Shown: piece after piece, positions 56,342 through 64,000 of the stretch
Position numbering within the stretch: position 1 is the stretch's first letter
How the letters are laid out: every line of letters begins with the position of its first letter
Made by a program: the position numbers and the translations under genes
Notes under the pieces: model-generated
The model's input: only the letters and a program-made list of their open reading frames with translations
Databases searched by the model: none
What the model was told of the DNA's origin: nothing
DNA from: Octopus vulgaris
Lineage: Eukaryota
Direction: 5' to 3'
Length of the DNA stretch: 64,000 nucleotides
Assembly (NCBI GenBank): GCA_951406725.2
Contig: OX597828.1
Coordinates: 76,570,001 to 76,634,000 of the forward strand

Positions 56342-58262
56342 GACCTGAGCGTAATCTTTTAAAATGTGTTTCTCTTAACCTATTTCCATTCCACTCTCGA
56401 ACAGGCTCCGCCATTTTACACAACCGTTCTCAGACGGTTATCATTTATTGATGTCATTTGAACTATCTCGTGCTTGTGATTGTCCTCCTCGGTTAATACA
56501 TTTTAATATATGTATGAAGGATTGCTTCACTCAAAGCACTGAAGTCAATAAAAGACTCTAAGAAATTAGTTTTGCAGAAATCTTAGATGGCTCGATTAAA
56601 TGACAACCAAGTATTTAGTTATCTCCCCTTTGTTCCATGAAGTTAGCTCCGCCATGTTTGACATGTTTCACTTCCTTTCGTATATTGGTTCAATACAAAG
56701 TCAGTAAATCTTTTCTCTTGAAAATTCTTTGGTCGTTTTCCAAACTGAGAAGTGGATATTTCCAACATACAGACAGACACATTATAAACACACACACACA
56801 CACACACACATTCATATTCGTGTGTTTGTGTTTACTCATCAACATTTTCCGCTCCTATGTTTGGTCTTCCAGAATGAAATCTCGTCGTTCAATTGAAGTC
56901 TTCCCTGTAAATGTTTACGTTAGTGTATATCATTTGCCAGCCAGCATGTCGTCTCTCTAACTATATGCGTATATGTATATTTGTAGATACCACTCTGTCT
57001 GTGTGAAAACGAACATGTATGCACATGATTTTATATCTGCGTATGCACCTTTCAGTACCCGTCATAAAACCGTTTCTGTGTCTAAGCACCGGCGTTTGTT
57101 TCTTTACACGTACACTTGTATGTATATTTGTACGTATGTAAATATGTCTATATATTCATACATACATATGTACACACACGAACACACACACGAACACACA
57201 CACATACATACACACAAACAGACACACAAACACACACACAAACCCACACAAATACGTACATACATACATACACACATATGCGAGCGTTTCTGTTTTGTAT
57301 GAATGTGGATGTTTCCATACATGTACATGTATACCTGTATGTGTATGCTTGTCCGTTTGTATGTGTCTGTGTACGTGTGTGTACCTGTGTTTGTATGTGT
57401 GTGTATTTGCGTATGCATGATCACTAGTAATGTGTATGAGCGTGTATATATATATATGTAAATATATACACACAAATACACACACACAGACATATATATA
57501 TATATATATATTCATATACACACATATATAAGTATATATATATACATATATATATGAATATATATTTATGCATGCATGCGTGTATGTATGTATGTATGTA
57601 TGTATGTATGTATGTATGTCTGTATGTCTGTATGTATGTATGCATGTATGTATGTATGTATGCATGTATGTATGTATGTCTGTATGTATGTTTGTATATG
57701 TATGTTCATGAAGTACGCGTCTGAGTGTGTAGTTCAACGTATAGACATACATGTAAACAGTGAAATCAAAGCCACAAAGATAAATGTAAAATCTGTAGTC
57801 AGCCATTATGAAATGGTTGCTTTAGAGAAACCATTTCCTGTTGATATATTGTAACTTTTCTCACTTCCGGTCGAGCAATGGCAGTCATTTAGGTCTTCAC
57901 AGTTCGACAACCGACGAAAGGAAAGGTCACGTGGGCTTTGTTTTTGTTTTGTTTTTATTTATATTTGAAGCATCAAATATCACTCGTAGCTTTACGTTTA
58001 CAAGTGTCTCTGTCATTTCTATTTGCTGACGTCAAACCATTTCCTAGTTGCGATTTAACACAACCACACAGACGCACACCCAGACATATATATATATGTG
58101 TATGTGTGTGTATGTGTGTGTGTGTGTGTGTGTGTGAGACTGTGTGCGTGTGTGTGTGTGTGCATGTATGTGTGTGTCTTTGAGCATTCTGAAATTTGTA
58201 TATATATCTATATATATATATATTGGTATATATATATATATATATATATATTGGTATATATA

Positions 58263-58316
<54 letters not shown>

Positions 58317-58939
58317 TATGTATGTTGAAACAACTTATTTGAAGAGACATGCCTTGCTTCTTTTCTCGGACAACTAAGTCGTTTTAGAATATAGAAAAAT
58401 GCAATATAAGATATATATGTATATATATATATATTTCATATTTATATATATATTCACACACACACATACACCCACCCACACCCACACATACACACATACA
58501 TATAGGATGCATGTGTGAAGTGGTTTGGATTGTGAGGTGTGGTGATGATGATATCTTTTGTTTGGTCAATGATTGTGGAATTGCTGGTGATGGAAATAAG
58601 ATACGTTTGATTGTCATTGGTAGTCTGAGGATCAGATAAGCAGTGTTATTATTTCTCATTGCAGAGAAATCGAGAGAGAAAAGGGGTAGTGAGGAGAAGA
58701 CAGAATTGTCTAGGACGAAGATAGAATGCTGAAACCTTTGAAAATCTCTGAATACTGACAGTTCCATGTGACAAAGAGGAGAACATGTCAGGCAGGAAAA
58801 TGTAAATCATATAAGTAAAACTGTAAAAGAAATAGTAGAGGTAATACATAAATGGGAAGAATGTGCTGTTATCCCTGAACTAGAAATCCACATCAGAATA
58901 GACATAGAATTATTAATTGTTATGACTCGCTATATTCTC

Positions 58940-59480
58940 CTTGACTCTCCTTAAAAGCACTTTCCTACACAACACAAATACTATACTATTTTTAACAAAA
59001 ACTGTCAAAATCCTAAAATTTGCTCCAAATCTTTCCAAGAGAAACTTTTATATTAGTAATCGTAATCAGTAACTTTAATAAACATCTGACCTCTAAACAA
59101 AATAGAAGCAATCCAAATATTTTTCGATCTCCGTTGACAATTAATATAGCGTATATCTCAACATAGTAGCCCTTCTCAATTATGATATCGAACAATCTTT
59201 ACTGAAGTAACTTGTAACATATTCTCTGCTTTACAGACTCACAATATATTGGTTTAGACTCTTGTAGCTTTGTACTTGGACGATCTGATATATAAATCTT
59301 CTACCTTCAAACTAACGCGCAAAACTTCTGAATACACACAAGTCATAGTCAGAGAATAAGGAGCCATATTAAGTTTGTGCAACAAAATACTTGGAAATGC
59401 TCTTTGCTAATTATTTCTCTTCTTCAGAGAACAGCCTGGACAATTTTCAAGAAGCCTACACAGGGTTTTAAAAGTGTACA
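58940..59480 (+). mobile_element. Decayed Penelope-like linker/GIY-YIG remnant
   Basis: KHFPTQHKYYTIFNKN (typical Penelope linker) at ~58955-59003 and QYIG at ~59241, with many stops. Confidence 0.5.
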
Positions 59481-59932
59481 AGTACTTAAAACAAATTAAT
59501 CAATCTGGTCAATATTTTCCGCACAATTCAACATTTTGGTTATATTGCTCTATTTCTTCCCCATTGACGAATCCTCCCTCATTAGCGCATTTTTGTCAAT
59601 CATTTCGCTCTCCCCTTACGGCCTGTTCCTTTGTTTTTCTATATCACTACCTTCTTACACATTTCCCTAGCTCTATCCCTCCACTCATTACTATTCGCCT
59701 TATTATTATTCATGGCATTCTTGTTGTTACTCTTATTATCAGATTCTAAACGTATTTGCATTTGAAATAATCATTTAACGACATTGCTTTTAGCGTTTTT
59801 GCTGTTTTTCTCATTTATCATTTTTTATACGTCATCGTTAAAAACCATGTCTTATACACACATAGACACACATACACACACACACGCACAACAGACACAT
59901 ATATAAGGTATAGTTTGATATATATATATATG

Positions 59933-59967
<35 letters not shown>

Positions 59968-60510
59968 TTGTGTTTTTGCTTGTTTGTGTGTATGCATATG
60001 TGTGAGTTTGTGTGAGGGTGTGTATGCATGCAAGAAAGTATTTGTATACTTTTAAATCTTTAAGAAATGTAAATTTATGTTAGAAATCTCATTTCACGAT
60101 CCCTTTTTCGTTTTACATAAAACCCATAAATTCTAAAAGCGTTCCTGAATCTTAAATATTAGGATTGCATTTTCTCAATGTATGAAAGCTTCAGACATTT
60201 TCTCTTTATTATCGCTAAGTGGATAAAATCAGCTACCAGATAATTTGTATAAAATATTGTTTTTTAATCCTCGACTAAATTGGAGTTGTTCTTGATCTAA
60301 TGGACAAGCCATTAGTTAGTGGATAATGATGATAATGATAATAGTAGTAATTAAGATTCATATGTTAAGTATTATCAAGTCATTAACTAAAGATTCATTT
60401 AAATCTTACAGCTGTTTCTCATCTGAAAGTTCATTAATTTACATCGATTATCATGATGACTGTGATGTTAATAGCTGATGACTTGTTCGTAAAGAACTAT
60501 ATATTTATGC

Positions 60511-60588
<78 letters not shown>

Positions 60589-60603
60589 GCATATATATGT
60601 ACG

Positions 60604-60697
<94 letters not shown>

Positions 60698-60735
60698 TAT
60701 AAATATGTACAAACACATACACAAACACACACACA

Positions 60736-60792
<57 letters not shown>

Positions 60793-60799
60793 GGATGAA

Positions 60800-61720
60800 T
60801 GAATTATCCTTTGTTTACCGTTAACATGAAGAATTCAATAAACAGTTACCAGGGTAGCAAAATTCACGCAAGTAACAAAGATGTAGCGACCTATTCAAAG
60901 GTAGAAACTCCGGGTTAATGTGCAGTAATTTGTGTAGTATAAGTAAATAAATGGAGATGAACGCAGATGTTATTCAAATTCTTTTACTTTCGACATATGT
61001 TTCGAAGACAACATGGTTTTATTCCTTTGGAATAAACGGTGTAAAATGCAATTTTCTTATCAGGAAAGAAAGAGAACCTATCTCAACAAGACATTACAGC
61101 AATTTTGACGACTGCATAAATGATAATCAGAATGCTATTAAGTATTTAAAAAATAAAACGTTAGTAGATTCGACGTCAAAGGCAGTAAAGGGGTAAAGAA
61201 ATAAGTAGAGAACAAATAAAGAGTGATATATTGGTTGAAAAATTTTCAAAGGCTTGGAAGTAGATTTCTCTATTGAAGTAAAGTGCAAGTTGAACTAAAT
61301 GTTCAAACTATAAAGACTGGTAAAATCACTTATATGAGCTAAAGGTATGTTTCTGCCAGTGCTTACATTTATTATGTGTGTTAACAAGGTGATTCTTAGA
61401 GAAGAGAATATGGAAGAGTTCAGAGTTGCAAATCCTTTGCCCTTATCGTAAGGGAAAGATATGGACAGGATGAACCAATCTAACCTAAAATCCTTACTGT
61501 TGTCTTTAAGAAACCAAACCAATTTACTTAGCCCTGTACTATGACGTTTACTGTTATCCCTAAATGAAGAATAATGATTGGAAATTCTCTTAGATAACTG
61601 ATAAGAGAATGGGCCAGTGTAGAAGTAGACATCGGTACTTCATGAAATTTTACATTGGTATATAGAATTCTTGATCTTAGAATTACTAGACATAAATTTA
61701 ATTCTGTTGGGGTTGTCATC
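60800..61720 (-). mobile_element. Penelope-like element 3' fragment (GIY-YIG + pseudo-LTR)
   Basis: Minus strand NSIYQCKI*..FYTG..KRISNHYSSF..KRHSTGLSKLVWFLKD..LDWFIL..PY, then a sense-strand hammerhead motif. Ends at (TA)n. Confidence 0.8.
60987..61068 (-). ncRNA. Minimal type I hammerhead ribozyme motif (G8 to A variant)
   Basis: CTTTC-CTGATAA-(long stem II incl. TTTATTCC aaa GGAATAAA)-GAAA-CATATG-TC-GAAAG, with a perfect stem I and a palindromic stem III. Confidence 0.65.
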
Positions 61721-61746
61721 AGAGACCAAAACCATGTTTTAATTGC

Positions 61747-61819
<73 letters not shown>

Positions 61820-62294
61820 TAAGTAATATTATTTTCTATAGCGTGCTTTCACTTCACTACCGAGCACAGCTCTGTGTGCCTTGGGTATGTGCTGTGATTT
61901 GTTGTGATGCTCTGACGGTTACTGTATGGAAAGTGTTCTGCGTAGGATGTATGCAGTGCCTAGTAGTGCAATTTTCTGTATGTTATATGTGTTTGTAAGT
62001 GCTGGTCTTTTTGTTATGTATTTGTCTGAATATTTTTTTATCATGCCTAATGCACCTACTATGATAGGAATTGTTTCGGTTTTTAGATTCCACATTCTTG
62101 TTACCTCTATTTCCAGGTCTTTGTATTTTGAAAGTTTCTCCATTTCTTTTAGAGACACGTTGTCATCTGCTGGTATTGATACATCAATTAGAAAACATTT
62201 TTTTTCTTCATGATCTCTGACAACTATATCTGGTCTGTTGGCCTTAATTTCTCTATCTGTGTGTATTGACATATCCCAGAGTGTGGTTGCTTTC
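61820..62294 (-). mobile_element. R4/Dong-like RLE family A, 5'-truncated; endonuclease frame intact (61919-62272)
   Basis: NRPDIVVRD..LIDVSIP..EKLSKYKDL..IVGALG..LGTAYILRRTLSIQ*, flanked by (TTA)n and (TTC)n. Confidence 0.92.
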
Positions 62295-62308
62295 TTCTTT
62301 TTCTTCTT

Positions 62309-62409
<101 letters not shown>

Positions 62410-62437
62410 CATCATTATTATTATTATTATTATTATT

Positions 62438-62688
62438 ACTTTTTTTTCTTCTTTCAAATTTGCTTCCATTTCTTGCCGAGTGTCTTCCCGACTCCTAGGG
62501 CAAAAAAACTCATAGTATACATTGGTAGGCCATTAAACCAAACTCAATAGTTCGTTCATTTTTTTTTTAAAGTTAAATTAAAATACATGAGCAGCAACAG
62601 TTCTCACATCGACAATGCTCTTCTCAATACGTGTGATGTACCAGTTAAGACAATCTTTTGCACTTCTTGCAGGGATGGTAAGCCAGGG
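62438..62688 (-). mobile_element. R4/Dong-like RLE family B, 3' 250 bp
   Basis: Near-identical reverse complement of 36560-36812, flanked by (TTA)n. Confidence 0.92.
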
Positions 62689-62691
62689 TTG

Positions 62692-62759
<68 letters not shown>

Positions 62760-63384
62760 ATTATTATTATTATTATGTGAGGGGCTGGAATTAGCAAAAT
62801 TAATGTTGATACTCCCAGAAAATGAACTTTTATTTAGCAGACTGGTATTATGAGAAGATATAATTTGTGAAAGATTCTTTGTGTTGGAGAAGGTAACTCT
62901 AACTATAGGAGAATTAATAATTGAATAATATCTAGAATTTTTGGAAAGTTCTTACCACCGACTTCACGGAACTGCAAAAGAAGATTTGATTTAGTTTGCT
63001 TTCCATATCTTGACATCTTTTGCTCAGCACTCACCAAAAGCTTTACACGAGAAAATATTTCCGTGTTTTTGAGCGGCTTCCTTTTATAATCAACAACCAA
63101 GCACACACATACATACAAAGAGTTATACTCCAAGATAACCACTTGTATAAACACAATGGACAGTGATTAAATAGAACGATCAATACATGCGCAGACATAT
63201 TGAAAACAATAAATCAACACTGGTGAATTTCGAATTTACTGTCAACAAATGTGTATGTGTGTGCGTGTATGTGTGTGCGTGTATGTGTGTGCGTGTATGT
63301 GTGTGTGTAATACATTTATTGAAAGTGACTTCGCAGTTTCGGAGGGGGTGGCTTACAGTTTTAAATAAATCTACATATATCATC

Positions 63385-63738
63385 TTTTACTCTTTTACCT
63401 GTTTCAGTCATTTGACTGTGTCCATGCTGGAGCGCCGCCTTTAGTCGAGAAAATCGACCCCAGAATTTTTTCTTTGTAAGCCTAGGACTTATTCTATCGA
63501 CACCTTTTGCCGAACCGCTAAGTTACCGTGACCTAAACACACCATCAACGGTTGTCAAGCGATGTCGGGGGGACAAACACGGACACACATACATATATAC
63601 ATATACATATATACGACGGGTTTCTTTCAGTTTCCGTCTACTCAATTCACTCACAAGGCTTTGATCGGCCCATGCAGTGGAACTGAACGCTGAACCATGT
63701 TGTTGGTAAGCAAGCTACTTACCACACAGCCACTCCTA
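63385..63738 (-). mobile_element. SINE family 1
   Basis: Reverse complement of 48568-49010 with an internal deletion and a shorter internal microsatellite. Confidence 0.88.
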
Positions 63739-64000
63739 TTTCTTAATTTACTCAACACTTTTCATATTTGATTGTGTGCTTACACACACACACATACGAA
63801 AACGTGCATATACACTCAAACTCTCACACACACATATTTATGTAGGTATACAGCTACGTATGGATGCGTGTATAGATGTTTGTATGTATACGCAAGTAGT
63901 GACATATTCGAGTATAGAAACAAAACGTGGAATGTAGGCTTTGCATAAAAAAAAAAAACTGATAAATATCTGAAACGCAGAGACAACACAAGACTACAAC

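Noticed and set aside
57860-57940. ETS (ACTTCCGG) and E-box (CACGTG) cluster, and forkhead-like sites near 49870
   Set aside because: Short motifs like these are expected by chance in 64 kb, and there is no independent support.

Overview
AT-rich, microsatellite-saturated eukaryotic DNA, probably intronic or intergenic sequence of a coleoid cephalopod (Octopus-like; inferred from the repeat landscape, not proven). No host protein-coding exon can be supported. Most ORFs in the track are translations of (TA)n, (CA)n, (TAGA)n and (AAT)n repeats. The real content is transposable elements: (i) 5'-truncated R4/Dong-like non-LTR retrotransposons with a restriction-like endonuclease (three families, seven pieces), all ending in (AAT)n-type tracts; (ii) two L1/Tx1-like LINE fragments and a tRNA-like SINE that end in the opposite (ATT)n strand of the same tracts; (iii) several Penelope-like (GIY-YIG) remnants near (TA)n, with inverted pseudo-LTRs and minimal hammerhead ribozyme motifs; (iv) an RTE-like LINE with a PHD finger inside ORF2 and a tandem hairpin array in its 3' UTR; (v) an internally deleted DD41D (rosa-type) Tc1/mariner element, a decayed mariner, a hAT-like MITE, a non-autonomous Helitron and many SINEs. 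The best candidate for an undescribed system is a guild of retroelements that share microsatellite landing pads and appear partitioned by motif and by strand.
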